64,000 bases of DNA from Bacteroidota bacterium (GTDB lineage Bacteria > Bacteroidota > Bacteroidia > AKYH767-A > OLB10), in NCBI GenBank assembly GCA_016721435.1, contig JADKIC010000003.1, positions 117,102 to 181,101 on the forward strand, in the 5' to 3' direction. The notes beneath the pieces are model-generated. The model had not been told where the DNA came from. It saw only the letters and a program-made list of their open reading frames with translations, and made no database searches. Positions 22,130 through 32,813 of this stretch are shown here, in pieces; the stretch's first letter is position 1; the number at the start of each line of letters is the position of its first letter. Made by a program: the position numbers and the translations under genes.

Positions 22130-24079
22130 ATGAAAAAAATTCTTTTATCTGCTACGGCACTTTTGTTTGCTACCCTTGTGTATGCACAAACCCCTCCGGC
22201 ACAAACCTTACAAGCGGGCGATAATCTCATTGTAGATGGTGTAACTCCGATTCCACTTACATTGGTGTCAGAATTGAATCGTTATACCAATGTCCGTGGA
22301 GCAGGTTTTGCCGATTGGCATCCGGTTAAACGGGAAATGCTCATGTCAACACGTTTCGGGAATACAAGCCAGTTACATTACCTGAAAAATCCAATGGGTG
22401 CTCGAACGCAAATCACTTTTTTTGATGAGCCGGTAGGAAATGCTGTTTTCGATCCTAAGGAAGGAAAGTATTTTTTGTTTTCACGTGATGCCGGTGGAAA
22501 TGAATTCGCGCAGATATATCGGTATGATATGGTGGATGGTGCCATCACATTACTTACAGACGGTAAACGTTCACAAAATGGTGGCATTTCATGGAATACA
22601 AAGGGGGATCGTGTCGCCTATGCTTCCACAAAAAGAAATGGTGCCGATCGTGATATTTATATGATGGATCCCTTAAATCCTTCGACGGAAAAATTAATTT
22701 TTGAAGCAAAGGGTGGAGGTTTCGGAATGAATGACTGGTCGCCGGATGATAATAGCATCATCATTGGTGAAGGAATCTCAGTGAATGAAAGTCGTCTATG
22801 GCTTTTGGATCTGAAGACCGGAACTAAAAAGAGATTATCGCCTGAAACAAAGGAGCAAGCGGTATTTGGTGGAGCAGTGTACCTTCCCGACGGGAAGAGT
22901 ATTTATCTCACCGACATGGATAACGAATTCGAATACCTTGCGAAAATGGACATTGCCACAGGTAAGATAAAAGCAATTACTAAGGCCATTCCCTGGGAAA
23001 TCTCTACCTATGATCTCTCTAAAGATGGAACCAAAATGATCTTTAGTACCAATGAAGCCGGCTTATCGAAAGTGTACTTGCTCAATACAGTCACCGACAC
23101 TTACGAATTAATAAAAGAGATTCCCGATGGATTGATTGGTGGATTTGCCTTTCACAATAACGGAGAGGATGTTGTTTTCAATTATTCCAATGCAACTTCT
23201 TCAGGTGATATTTATGTGTTTAATTTGAAGTCAAGAAAATTTGAACGTTGGACAGAAAGTGAATTGGGCGGCTTGGTGGCGTCTCAGCTCAATGATGCAA
23301 AGCTGATCAAATGGAAGAGTTTTGACGGTCAGGAAATCTCCGGATTTTATTACAAGGCAGCGGCTAAATTTACAGGAAAGCGACCCGTTATTATAATGAT
23401 TCACGGTGGGCCGGAAGGACAGTCTTTACCTAATTTTCTCGGCCGTAATAATTATTTTCTCAATGAACTTGGTGTTTCGATCATCTTTCCGAATGTGCGT
23501 GGAAGTACCGGTTATGGAAAGTCATTCGTAAAATTGGATAACGGTTACCTGCGTGAAAATTCAGTTAAAGATATTGGCGCACTCCTCGATTGGATAGCGG
23601 TGCAACCTGACCTTGATGCTTCACGTGTGATGACCATGGGCGGAAGTTATGGCGGTTATATGGCCCTTGCCTGTGCAGTGCATTTCAGCGACCGCCTTAA
23701 ATGTTCCAATGATATCGTGGGAATCTCTAATTTCAATACGTTCCTTAAAAATACGGAAAGCTATCGCCGTGATTTACGTCGCGTGGAATATGGTGATGAA
23801 CAAAATCCGGAGATGTATGCCTTCCTCGAAAAAATTTCTCCGCTGACCAATGTGTCTAAAATTAAAATCCCTATGTTCATTGTACAAGGCGGAAATGATC
23901 CGCGTGTTCCCCGGACAGAGGCTGTGCAAATGGCAGAGGCGTTAAAGAAAAATAATATTCCTGTCTGGTACCTCGAAGCAAAAGATGAAGGACATGGATT
24001 CCGAAAGAAAACGAACAGCGATTACCAGTTTTATTCTACGATTCTTTTTGTGAAAAAATATCTGCTGAATCAGGAGTAG
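22130..24079 (+). CDS. S9-family serine peptidase (prolyl oligopeptidase/DPP-like) with N-terminal beta-propeller
   Basis: Signal peptide; GGSYGGYMA nucleophile elbow; Asp/His region at C-terminus. Confidence 0.85.
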   Translation: MKKILLSATALLFATLVYAQTPPAQTLQAGDNLIVDGVTPIPLTLVSELNRYTNVRGAGFADWHPVKREMLMSTRFGNTSQLHYLKNPMGARTQITFFDEPVGNAVFDPKEGKYFLFSRDAGGNEFAQIYRYDMVDGAITLLTDGKRSQNGGISWNTKGDRVAYASTKRNGADRDIYMMDPLNPSTEKLIFEAKGGGFGMNDWSPDDNSIIIGEGISVNESRLWLLDLKTGTKKRLSPETKEQAVFGGAVYLPDGKSIYLTDMDNEFEYLAKMDIATGKIKAITKAIPWEISTYDLSKDGTKMIFSTNEAGLSKVYLLNTVTDTYELIKEIPDGLIGGFAFHNNGEDVVFNYSNATSSGDIYVFNLKSRKFERWTESELGGLVASQLNDAKLIKWKSFDGQEISGFYYKAAAKFTGKRPVIIMIHGGPEGQSLPNFLGRNNYFLNELGVSIIFPNVRGSTGYGKSFVKLDNGYLRENSVKDIGALLDWIAVQPDLDASRVMTMGGSYGGYMALACAVHFSDRLKCSNDIVGISNFNTFLKNTESYRRDLRRVEYGDEQNPEMYAFLEKISPLTNVSKIKIPMFIVQGGNDPRVPRTEAVQMAEALKKNNIPVWYLEAKDEGHGFRKKTNSDYQFYSTILFVKKYLLNQE

Positions 24080-24159
24080 TATTATCTTAGTGGCATAGCG
24101 TTAGTTCTTCCGGGTTAAAAGTAAATGTCGAAACCAGGAAAATGGACGCTAATATTTTC

Positions 24160-24898
24160 TCAACTCACTTTATTGCGTGTAGCAGCAATTTCGTAAATGA
24201 GATCAGGATTGGATTCAAATTGATTCCCCACAACAACAATGTCCGCTCCGGCCCGGTAGATTTCTTCTGCTTTTTCGGGTGTGCGAATGCCGCCACCTAC
24301 AATCAATGGGATATTGATTTCTCGTTTGATGGCTTTGATCATTTCGACAGGCACAGGGTGTTTGGCACCGGATCCGGCTTCTGCGAAAATCAATTTCATG
24401 CCCATTTGTTCTCCGGCTAAAGCGGTGGTCGCAGCAATGTCGGGCTGATCAACCGGAATAGGAGCTACACCGCTTACATATTGAACAGTGGTCATGTTTC
24501 CGCCATCGATGAGTAAATAACCTGTAGGAGAATCTCAATTTCGGCGGCTTTCAGTCGTTTGGCTGCAAGAACATGTTGGCCGATGAGGAGATCAGGGTTG
24601 CGGCCGGAAATCAGACTAAGCAAAAGAATCGCGTCGGCATGTTCATCTACCTGCTGATGATTCCCTGGAAAGATGACAATGGGAATATCACACCTCTTTT
24701 AAGCGATGCAATAGTTCGGGCAATATCTCCTTGTGTGATGAGACTTCCACCTACAAAAAAGAAATCGACAGCCGCCTCCGTCGCATTTTTGCAAATCCTG
24801 TTCAGATGGGCTTCTCCCACTTTGTCGGGATCAACAAGGACCGACAACAAAAGTCGTCCGTTATTCATCGCCTCCTGAATCTGTTGGTAAATCATCAT
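24160..24898 (-). pseudogene. PcrB/GGGP-synthase-family prenyltransferase (heptaprenyl/geranylgeranyl-glyceryl phosphate synthase homolog), frameshifted
   Basis: ORFs 24647-24898 and 24160-24495 plus intervening segment; conserved FFFVGGS and IPLIVGGGIRTPEKA TIM-barrel motifs. Confidence 0.65.
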
Positions 24899-25558
24899 CT
24901 AAATGTTTCTCTCGCTTTCAATTGCAATAGTATGAACTAGCAGCACATCCTCCAAATTAATGAACCGATATTCAAATGTCCTCAGCAGATTATCCTTTTT
25001 ATAGGTTGCCCATCCCCATCCACTAACATCATCAATAAATGAAGGTTTATTCACTTCCAATTGTTCCTTAAATAGGATTCCGCCACCACCTATGTTTTTG
25101 AATAGAGCTTCCTTGACACTCCAGATGAGGCCGATATCGTTTAAAGGATTTGATTTATCTAACCACTTCTTTTCGATCTCATTAATAAATCTCGGAGCCA
25201 CCTTTAGCAACCGTTCATTGATTTCTTCCAGATCAAGTCCACAAGAGTATAAAGGATGGTACAATAGGCCCACATAGTGTGATGTATGGGAGATGGAAAT
25301 AAATCCGGGAAAATCCTTTGGTGCAGGCTTTCCCAGTTCATCATATTGAATATCAATTATATGTTCATCACCTAGCTGTAGGGTGAGTAGGGAGATGGCC
25401 ATTTTTTGAAGCTGCCGTTGGGGATGTTTATAGCGAATCAAAATTTCATCAAAATCTTCTTTCTGCACAAACTTTTCTAAGGCTTCCTTCGTTTCAGTGA
25501 GGTGCCAAATCCAGATATGTGCTCCGGAAGGCATAAGTTGATTAAAACTCAGGGGCAT
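24899..25558 (-). CDS. 4'-phosphopantetheinyl transferase (Sfp-type)
   Basis: GxD...WSVKEALFK signature of PPTase superfamily; abuts PcrB-like gene. Confidence 0.7.
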   Translation of the reverse strand: MPLSFNQLMPSGAHIWIWHLTETKEALEKFVQKEDFDEILIRYKHPQRQLQKMAISLLTLQLGDEHIIDIQYDELGKPAPKDFPGFISISHTSHYVGLLYHPLYSCGLDLEEINERLLKVAPRFINEIEKKWLDKSNPLNDIGLIWSVKEALFKNIGGGGILFKEQLEVNKPSFIDDVSGWGWATYKKDNLLRTFEYRFINLEDVLLVHTIAIESERNI

Positions 25559-25634
25559 TTATATTAACAATTATAGAACCGCAAGGTATTGTTTCCGGAT
25601 GAGAGAAACGTACGTGTGCACAAGATTTCTAAAA

Positions 25635-26954
25635 ATGATGAAAACGCAAACAGCGCAGTATGTAAAATTTAAGGTAAAGGACATGTCCTTAGCCGAATGG
25701 GGTCGTAAGGAAATCAGACTTGCCGAAGACGAAATGCCGGGTTTAATGTCACTACGTACAGAATACGGAAAGCAAAAGCCGTTGAAAGGTGCACGAATCG
25801 CGGGTTGTCTCCACATGACTATCCAAACTGCTGTTCTTATTGAAACGTTAGTTGAACTGGGCGCTGAAGTGACCTGGTCTTCTTGTAATATTTTTTCTAC
25901 GCAGGATCACGCTGCTGCGGCCATTGCTGCTGCCGGTATTTCGGTTTATGCCTGGAAAGGGATGAATGCTGAAGAATTTGACTGGTGCATTGAGCAAACG
26001 TTGTTCTTTGGTGAAGACAAGAAGCCTTTGAATATGATTCTTGATGATGGTGGTGATCTCACCAATATGGTGTTGGATAAATTTCCTGAGTTAATTTCCG
26101 GAATCAAAGGTCTGTCCGAAGAGACCACTACAGGTGTTCACCGCTTGTATGAGCGTATGAAGAATGGCACGCTGCCAATGCCTGCTATAAATATCAACGA
26201 CTCTGTAACAAAATCTAAATTTGATAATAAGTACGGTTGCCGTGAATCACTGGTGGATGCATTGCGTCGTGCAACCGATCTAATGCTTGCAGGTAAAGTG
26301 GCTGTCGTTGCCGGTTTCGGTGATGTGGGTAAAGGATCTGCTGAATCATTGAAAGATGCAAAAGTTCGTACCATCGTTACTGAAATTGACCCGATTTGTG
26401 CGTTACAGGCGGCTATGGAAGGCTATGAAGTAAAGAAGATGCTGAACGCCGTGAAAGAAGCGGATATCATCGTTACAGCTACCGGGAATTATAATATCAT
26501 CACTGAAGAACATTTCCGTGCTATGAAGCACAATGCTGTGGTTTGTAATATCGGTCACTTTGATAATGAAATTGACATGGCCTGGTTGAATACTAATTAT
26601 GGTCACACCAAAGAAACTATTAAGCCTCAGGTAGATAAGTATACCATCGATGGTAAAGATATTATCATTTTGGCGGAAGGTCGTTTGGTGAATCTCGGCT
26701 GCGCAATGGGTCACCCAAGTTTTGTAATGTCAAATTCATTTACCAATCAAACATTGGCTCAGTTAGAACTTTGGACGAATACCGGTGCCTATGAGAATAA
26801 AGTTTATACCTTACCTAAACACCTCGATGAAAAGGTAGCGCGTTTACACCTTTCGAAGATTGGTGTTGATATCGACATTCTTTCTGAAAAGCAAGCGGAT
26901 TATATTGGCGTGAAAGTACAGGGCCCTTATAAACTGGATACCTACCGCTATTAA
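25635..26954 (+). CDS. ahcY: S-adenosyl-L-homocysteine hydrolase
   Basis: [27 protein letters not shown]-terminus, NAD-binding [10 protein letters not shown]; start moved to ATG 25635. Confidence 0.9.
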   Translation: MMKTQTAQYVKFKVKDMSLAEWGRKEIRLAEDEMPGLMSLRTEYGKQKPLKGARIAGCLHMTIQTAVLIETLVELGAEVTWSSCNIFSTQDHAAAAIAAAGISVYAWKGMNAEEFDWCIEQTLFFGEDKKPLNMILDDGGDLTNMVLDKFPELISGIKGLSEETTTGVHRLYERMKNGTLPMPAININDSVTKSKFDNKYGCRESLVDALRRATDLMLAGKVAVVAGFGDVGKGSAESLKDAKVRTIVTEIDPICALQAAMEGYEVKKMLNAVKEADIIVTATGNYNIITEEHFRAMKHNAVVCNIGHFDNEIDMAWLNTNYGHTKETIKPQVDKYTIDGKDIIILAEGRLVNLGCAMGHPSFVMSNSFTNQTLAQLELWTNTGAYENKVYTLPKHLDEKVARLHLSKIGVDIDILSEKQADYIGVKVQGPYKLDTYRY

Positions 26955-26977
26955 TACAAAACCCTATACATTGAAAA

Positions 26978-27007
26978 AGAGGTCGTTGAAAAACGGCCTT
27001 TTTTTCG
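26978..27007 (+). terminator. Rho-independent terminator after ahcY
   Basis: AGGTCGTT-GAAA-AACGGCCT hairpin + TTTTTTT. Confidence 0.6.
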
Positions 27008-27051
27008 CCTTGCTGGTTCAATTAGCGTCTTTAGAAATTTAAATAAAAAAG

Positions 27052-27104
27052 GTATAAAATAGATATAAAATAGATATAAAATAGATATAAGATAGATATA
27101 AGTG
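27052..27104. repeat. Tandem 11-bp repeat (AGATATAAAAT)x4.5, phased A-tracts
   Basis: gtataaaat agatataaaat agatataaaat agatataagat agatataag; 11-bp period equals one helical turn. Confidence 0.8.
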
Positions 27105-27125
27105 TTTGAAGTTAAATATGTTAAC

Positions 27126-27565
27126 TCAATTGTAAATATGGAGTATATTGTTACTTAAGAGTTGAGTCCTGTATTGTAATAGGGGCTGTCCGGCAGGGCC
27201 ATTGACAATAGATCCATCCAGCAAACTGAACTTACTACCACATGTGGAGTCAATAGCAAATATATCATTGGTGATGCCTTCTACAATGGAAGCTGAAACG
27301 TTAGGGTCAAAGGTGCAAGTGCGTTCATAAGCAGCAAATTCTGTGTTGGATTTCCGGACCACAATTAACCCCTTGTTTCCGGCATAATTATAATAAACCC
27401 AGTTGTTTATGGCGTTTAAATTGAAGTATTCAGGAGATTGAGGTTTAGATATTCATCAACTGCGACGGTAGGAACCCTGTCATCGTTCTTTTGCAGGCGG
27501 TTGAGCTGATGAGGAGGAAAGGGATAATCACCCATAGCGGAAACATATTCACGGAATTCTTCATG
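27126..27565 (-). pseudogene. Hypothetical small lipoprotein, frame-broken
   Basis: ATG 27565 gives MKNSVNMFPLWVIIPFLLISSTAC (signal/lipobox-like) then the frame shifts into the 78-aa ORF 27126-27362. Confidence 0.25.
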
Positions 27566-27623
27566 ATTCTTTTTAATTATTATTTGTATTTTTGAATGAA
27601 ATATACATATATTTGATCGTTAA

Positions 27624-28046
27624 TTGAAACTCCAAAACATGAAAAAGCAACTATTCTCTCTGATCTTCTCTCTTGTGATGATCTTACCAATTGGATTAAT
27701 GGCGCAATCTGATAAACTTGTTAAAGGCAAGCGGGGCGGATACATAGTAGCTGGTGAGCAGCAAGTTTACTTCGAAATTGTTGATGATGGAAGCAAAGTT
27801 AATTTTTATCCTTGTGATATTAATGGAGAATCGTTGAAAGTAATGCCTGAAATAGCAGATATTACAATTGTTTATATAGAAACGACTAAAATACATTATG
27901 AAAAAGATGTAAGAATCAAAGATGGTGTTTTCTCGGTGTACCCACCCAGAGAGTATCCTATTTATATATATGGTATTAACTACACCTTCAACGATCAGCA
28001 AGGCGCTGTCAAGTTCAGAGCACCAGATGCTCCTCAACCACGTTAA
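27624..28046 (+). CDS. Hypothetical secreted protein
   Basis: 140 aa, N-terminal signal peptide (…LMAQS); no recognisable domain. Confidence 0.4.
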   Translation: MKLQNMKKQLFSLIFSLVMILPIGLMAQSDKLVKGKRGGYIVAGEQQVYFEIVDDGSKVNFYPCDINGESLKVMPEIADITIVYIETTKIHYEKDVRIKDGVFSVYPPREYPIYIYGINYTFNDQQGAVKFRAPDAPQPR

Positions 28047-28124
28047 GGTTTTCTGAAAATTCTTTATAACCCTGTTAGAAAGACAGGGTTTTTTATTTAA
28101 TGGAAGTATCGATTCTGTGTATGT

Positions 28125-28442
28125 TTGCGTTATATGAAGATGAAAAGCTTCCTGCGGATGTTATTGTTCGTTTTGATCTTGCCTGTCGCATTTGCAACAG
28201 CGCAATCAGACGGTAGCGCACGTAAGAAGCAAAAGCAAGCAGAGAAGGCAAAGCAAGAGCAGATTAAAAAGCAAATGAAGGCTGATGAAATCGGTCGAAA
28301 GCGTCATTTGAAATTACAATCGAAGGATGTAAAGAAGCGCTGGAAGAAAAATAAACGAAAGTATAAGCATGTAGATTCCTTCGATCGCCGCCCGAATTTC
28401 TGGCAGCGTATTTTTCCGCGTAAGCGACCTGAGAATCGTTAG
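28125..28442 (+). CDS. Hypothetical secreted lysine-rich small protein
   Basis: Signal peptide then K/R/Q-rich low-complexity region (KKQKQAEKAKQEQIKKQMK...). Confidence 0.35.
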   Translation: MRYMKMKSFLRMLLFVLILPVAFATAQSDGSARKKQKQAEKAKQEQIKKQMKADEIGRKRHLKLQSKDVKKRWKKNKRKYKHVDSFDRRPNFWQRIFPRKRPENR

Positions 28443-28444
28443 CG

Positions 28445-31400
28445 CTATTCGGCGTATGCTCGCATATCAACAGGAACTACTGTAGTTACTCCGGGTTCCG
28501 CCATAGTGATACCATACATGATATCTGTTGCAGCCATTGTCTTCTTATTATGTGTGATGATAATAAACTGCGATTCGTGGCTGAAGGTCTTGATGATATT
28601 GTTGAACTTTTCAATGTTGTTGTCATCCAACGGTGCATCTACCTCATCGAAGATACAAAAGGGTGCCGGTTTCAACAAATAGATTCCGAATAATAGAGCA
28701 GTAGCTGTTAACGTTTTTCTCCTCCGGAAAGCTGGTGTATACTCAATGGTTTTTTGCCTTTCGGTTGTGCGATAATTTGAATATCGGTTTCCAACGGATT
28801 AGAGGATTCTGAAAGGATAAGATCGCAATTGTCATCATCAGTAAATAAGGAACGGAAGACTCTGATAAAATTAGCACGTACTTGTGTGAAGGCTTCCATA
28901 AATACCGTCTTGGCCGTTTCATCAATTTCATTGATCGTTTTTAACAAGGCTTCTTTGGCGTTGAGGAGATCCGTTTTTTCATTGATGATAAAATCATAGC
29001 GTTCCTTAATTTCCTTGTATTGTTCTAACGCCATAGGATTGATAGGCCCAAACTCATTTACGCGTTTTCGTAATTGTTCGGCTCTTGGTCGCATCTCCTC
29101 TTCGTTAAATTCAGGGTCGGGTTCCTGGTCGGATAAATCCTGTATATCGATGTTGAATTCAATGTTCAACCTTTCCTTAAGCGTATGCATCTGCAACTTT
29201 AATTCATTCAGTTCATCGTGTACTTGCTGCAAACCATTATCTGCTTGTTCTTTTTGTCGTCTTAAATCATTTAGCTTTTTTTCTTCCGCTTCAATTGCAC
29301 TACGTGATTGTGTATATTCCGTTTCTGTTTCTTTATAGGCGGTTTCAAACGAAATTTTTTCTTCGAGCATCAATTTAAAGGCCTCGCTGTTGTTTTCAAG
29401 GCCGCCAATGAGTTGGTCCGTTTGTGATTTTACAGTATCAAGGTCGACTGCATATTGCTCTTTGTTTTTACGAAGTGATTCTGCCTGATTCGTTTTGTAT
29501 CCAATGTCACGAATGATATTTTGAATCCTGTTCTGCTGTTGCAACAACACAATATTTTGCTGATTGAAAAGCTGTGATTTTTCACCGGATTCTCTTTGCA
29601 AAGTTTGGGTGAGGTCTTGTTGTAAATTCAGTTGTTGCACGAGTTTCTCTAAGCGTTCACGCAGTAGGGTAGGACTCAGCTCCGGATTTGATTGCTCTTC
29701 CAGTAATAGTTTTTCAATAGCGCCGGCTTCCTCATCCAGTCGTTCACTGTTTTTTCTCGATTGCTCTAAATTATTCGACAAGAAATCACGGTTACTCTGC
29801 AAGGTGTTTACCTGCCCGTTTAAACGGATAAAATCATTTTCCTGTCTGTTAATTTGCTGTTGAGTCTCTTGCGTGTTGTGCTTGATATCAGCCAATTCCT
29901 GTTCAGCATGTTTCACCTGATCACGGTATTGTTCAATGATGAGTTCCTGTTGTTTCAGTTCCTCTGCCAGTTTCTCCAGATTTCGAAATTTGCCGGTACG
30001 TTTTCCGTCAAACAAACCAACTGATCCGCCACCGACTGCATATTTCTGACGCAGAAAATGTCCACTTTGTGAAATAATAACAACAGATTGATCTCCTTCG
30101 AAGGGATAATCCTGCAGTGAACGATCTTTATCTAATACTTGTACGTGTCCGAGAAGGAAATGAAAAAGCCCATCGTATTTATGATTTCGTTCTATCGCAT
30201 TCATCGCGGGAGTGCATCCTTCCAGAGAAGCTACTGTTCCGGATTTAAAATGTTGAAGCGTTTCTAAAACAAAGAAGTGAGCCCTGCCTTTTGCAGATTC
30301 ATTCAGCGTTTGTAATGCCGCCCAGGCTTCCTCCATGGTATCCACCACAAAGTGATTCAGGTAAGGGTCAAGGAAATTTTCTATTGCTAATTTAAAGGGC
30401 TCCTCACAGACAATAATTTCACTCAACAGGGGTGCTTCTTTAAAACGCTGATGGTTTTTCTTTAAATAGCGAATGGATTCCGGATAACCTTCCATTTGCT
30501 CCAGCAAATTTTTCGTTAACTGGTATTCGTTATGACGTGCATCGAGTTTTCTTGATTCCGCTTGCAATACCTGATTCAATTCTTTCAAGCGGGTTTCCGA
30601 GAGCTTTAAGTTTTCATCCAACTCAAGGCGCAATTGTTTCAGGCGTTTTAATTCCTGATCCGCTTTTTCCTTGTCCGGTTGTATGGCCGCAATTTCCTGC
30701 TCTAAGTTTTTTAATTTCTCTGCATGTTCTGCTTGCTGATCCTGATGTCTTTTTACTTCATCTTTTATGGATTGAAAACGCGACTGCTTCACTGCCTGCT
30801 TTGTTTCGAACTCATTGATCATGGTTCGTAACTGATAAGTCTGTTGATTGAGTTCACGAATACTAACCTGTGAAGCTTCATAGGCAGATTTACTTTGTTC
30901 TGATTCCGTTTTAAGTTTACTAACGGTTTCGTCTAGCTGACGCAGGTGTTCTTCTTCGCGGATTTTTTCATCCTGGAGTTCAAGCAAGTTGTTCTGAATC
31001 TCTATTAAAGATTTATCATCCTGTTCTGACTGCAATTGCAATTGCTTTTGCTTTTCGATGAGGAAGTTCAGTCTTTCATTTCTGTTTTTCTCTTCGTTCT
31101 CAAATCGTGTTATTTCAATAAGCTTTTCATTCAATGCTTTTTGAACGGCCTGAAAATGTTTTTCTTTATCGGAAGCCGTCGTCTTTGAATTCTGAAGCGA
31201 TAGTTCCAGTTTTTCCAACTCCTCCTGTAAAGTAACTTTTGTAGTCAGCTGCTCTTGTTCTTTTTTCTGAAAATCGATAAGAGCACTGCTTTGATGTCGT
31301 ATGCTATATAAGGCAAGCTGTGTACTTAACGTCCGGTATTCTTCCCTGATACGGTAGTAGCGATCTGTTTTCTTGGCTTGAGATTCCAGTTGTTTCAAAC

Positions 31401-32001
31401 TTTTTTCTATTTCAAAAAGAAGGTCGTTCACACGATTCAGATCTCCATCCGTTTCTTCCAGCTTTTGGAAAGTTTGTCGCTTTCTTATTTTATATTTGGA
31501 AATACCGGCTGCTTCTTCCAGCAATGTTTTGATGGTATTGTTCCTGTCCTTCAAAATATCATCTACCATATTTAATTCTATGATAGCATAAGAGTCAGGT
31601 CCGATACCTGTATCAAGAAAAAGATCGTTAATATCCTTCAGTCGGCAGGTAAGACCATTCAATAAGTACTCCGATTCACCCGAGCGGTAGAGTCTTCTTG
31701 TGATAGATACATTTGTATATTCAGTGGGCAGAATGCCTTTGTTATTTTCAAATGTCAGGCTTACCTCTGCCAGATTAGAGGGCTTGCGTTGTTTTGTTCC
31801 GTTAAAGATGATGTTCTCCATCTTTTCACTCCGGAGCAGACGTGTTTTCTGTTCCCCCAATACCCAGCGCATCGCATCTACTACATTTGATTTTCCGGAG
31901 CCGTTAGGACCTACAATGGCGGTGACTCCCTCATCGAAATGAATAATTACTTTGTCGCCAAAGCTTTTAAATCCTTTAATTTCAAGTGACTTTAATCTCA
32001 T
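28445..32001 (-). pseudogene. smc: Chromosome segregation protein SMC, frameshift near the C-terminal ABC signature
   Basis: N-terminal Walker A GPNGSGKSN, long coiled-coils, hinge; ...LSGGEKR ends the 1097-aa ORF and the D-loop/H-loop segment (FDEVDAPLD...ITHNK) continues in ORF 28445-28678. Confidence 0.85.
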
Positions 32002-32189
32002 CTTACTTTATCTCTTATTAAGAAAAGAAGGTTCCCCGTGCATTCATCGGGAACCTGCTTCTACAAGGTTTAATGCGCATAGAATACAAAGAAAGATCCT
32101 TGGCCTTCAGGTAGAAGTTTCCGGATTTTCATTGAAATTTCAGTATTTACGCAATGCAAATGTAAAAAACAGGACCTTCTGATACCAGC

Positions 32190-32648
32190 ATGACACTACT
32201 TGTGTTGAAAAGTGTTTATTTTGAGCCCATGGAAATAAAGACTCTCTTTTATGTGGCGATCGGAATCATCTGGCTCCTTTCAAAATTTCTTGAAGCGAAC
32301 AAGAAATCCAGGGAAACCAATAAACGTGTGGAAGGGCCTGTTATTGTCGTTCCGCAGGAAAACCAAAGACCGGTTCAGCGACCGGTGGTGAATCTCCCAA
32401 GGCAAAAGCAGGTACGACAACCGAAAATGACTAGAAATATGCCCCAATCCATCAAAAAAGGTGAAGAGGAGGGAAAAGTTGTTAATTACGAGAACTATTT
32501 TTCAAAAAGAAAGCCATTATTTACTGAAGAGACTGTAATGCAGGAGGTTCAAATTCTTGAGCATAACGAAGATCACCCAAATTCAATTGGTTCTGATATT
32601 TCAAAAGAAATCCGTAGTGGAACTTTTAACTGGAACGGGCTGTGGTAA
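32190..32648 (+). CDS. Hypothetical membrane-anchored protein
   Basis: One TM helix (LFYVAIGIIWLLSKF), basic/Pro-rich linker; no known domain. Confidence 0.3.
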   Translation: MTLLVLKSVYFEPMEIKTLFYVAIGIIWLLSKFLEANKKSRETNKRVEGPVIVVPQENQRPVQRPVVNLPRQKQVRQPKMTRNMPQSIKKGEEEGKVVNYENYFSKRKPLFTEETVMQEVQILEHNEDHPNSIGSDISKEIRSGTFNWNGLW

Positions 32649-32813
32649 TCAATGAGTTATTGAAACACCAGCGTTTTGGATGAAAAAAATGATGTTGAAA
32701 ACTTGAAACCATTTGAAAGTGGATTTTGAAATTCAAATCAAATGTTTCTATTTTTAACCCCACCCTAATAATTAACCTAACATTAACACTGATTAAGCTA
32801 CAAACTAAACCCT

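Noticed and set aside
25560-25640. SAH riboswitch upstream of ahcY
   Set aside because: No match to the SAH-element conserved helices in the 80-nt leader.
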